Shown one piece after another: positions 27,296 through 28,052 of a stretch of DNA of 28,052 nt. This stretch comes from an uncultured archaeon (GTDB lineage Archaea > Asgardarchaeota > Heimdallarchaeia > Heimdallarchaeales > Heimdallarchaeaceae), in the NCBI GenBank assembly GCA_964549075.1, contig CAZJUB010000033.1, positions 1 to 28,052 of the forward strand, in the 5' to 3' direction. Each line of letters opens with the position of its first letter. Position 1 is the stretch's first letter. The position numbers were made by a program, and so were the translations under genes. The notes under the pieces were generated by a model. The model did no database searches, had not been told where the DNA came from, and saw only the letters and a program-made list of their open reading frames with translations.

Positions 27296-28052
27296 TTAAC
27301 CCATCCACCAAACAAGAAAAATTATCTCAGCTGGTAAAGCTATTAGTGCAATCAAGGTCAATAACGCTATTGATCTACTTGTAACTATTTCATCTAAATT
27401 AAAGTACTTTGCATACGCAGTATTTGCTACAGCGGGAGGAGCTAAACTCTGAATAGTCATTGCCACAATCATACCTGCGGGAATAGGCAAAAAGAAGAGA
27501 ATGATAACAGTTAACAAACCTCCACCAAATCTAGCTAAAACTTGTCTGAACAAAGCTACTTCTTTCCATTCTTTTCTCTTAGGTAATTTGAAACTTAAAC
27601 CTACTAAGGCTAACATTATCACCATAGAAATGTCTTGAAAGATTTCTACAGCTGGATAATCTCCTAAAGAAAAAAGTCCTAAAGCAAAACTATTAGGTCT
27701 TATAATTGTTGAGACATTAACAACAGTAAAATCAGTGAAATAATGAGCAATTGTAATTTGCCCTATGGAAAATCTCAAAATTAATCCAATAGCCATTCCA
27801 ATTGTAGGTGGAAAAAGTACTAATCCTTTAACTATTTTCCAAATAGATTTCTTTTCAGATGATCCAAATTGTAATCCTATATAAACGCCAATTGTATTTC
27901 TGTAGATAGTTTGTACTATGAGGTAAAGAGAGGCTGCTAATAATCCTTCTGCTAACAAATTACCTGTCATTATTCCTATTATAATAGGAAAAGGAAAGAA
28001 AAGTGCATTCATGAAACCAGTAGTATTAATTTCTGCACCTATCGTTTGGCAT
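27296..28052 (-). CDS. AEC (auxin efflux carrier/malate permease) family transporter, 5' end outside the window
   Basis: The frame stays open upstream of 28012 to the window edge (QTIGAEINTTGF-MNALFFPFPII); FPPTIG and SLAPPAVANTAYAKYFNLD motifs. Confidence 0.8.
   Translation of the reverse strand, partial: CQTIGAEINTTGFMNALFFPFPIIIGIMTGNLLAEGLLAASLYLIVQTIYRNTIGVYIGLQFGSSEKKSIWKIVKGLVLFPPTIGMAIGLILRFSIGQITIAHYFTDFTVVNVSTIIRPNSFALGLFSLGDYPAVEIFQDISMVIMLALVGLSFKLPKRKEWKEVALFRQVLARFGGGLLTVIILFFLPIPAGMIVAMTIQSLAPPAVANTAYAKYFNLDEIVTSRSIALLTLIALIALPAEIIFLVWWMG

Noticed and set aside
1-28052. CRISPR arrays, tRNA/rRNA genes, IS elements
   Set aside because: No repeat-spacer arrays, GC-rich structured RNA segments or transposase motifs seen; intergenic regions are short.

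Overview
AT-rich archaeal chromosomal segment, most consistent with Asgard archaea (Heimdallarchaeia-like). This is inferred from the archaeal PoK/PPS coenzyme A route, TATA-type promoters, GGTG(A) RBSs and exported proteins ending in a TM helix plus basic tail. Left part (1-7787, all minus strand): two paralogous membrane-anchored sensor/HTH regulators (COG2512-like) bracket a surface protein, a sulfotransferase and an anchored serine hydrolase, followed by an MFS transporter and an alpha/beta hydrolase. Middle: a five-gene CoA biosynthesis cluster (PPS, panB, PoK, panE, coaBC), ferritin, a GDCCVxC protein and a NUDIX hydrolase. Next is a ~3.3 kb accessory island with a frameshifted Rad50/SMC-like ATPase, a Dam-family adenine MTase and, divergently, a free-standing, apparently splicing-dead intein (Hint plus two LAGLIDADG motifs) with its own TATA box. 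This island is the most interesting element. Right part: S9 peptidase, MMPL transporter, an unannotated surface-protein pseudogene, DASS transporter, korBA and a partial AEC transporter. All calls come from reading motifs by eye; no database searches were run.
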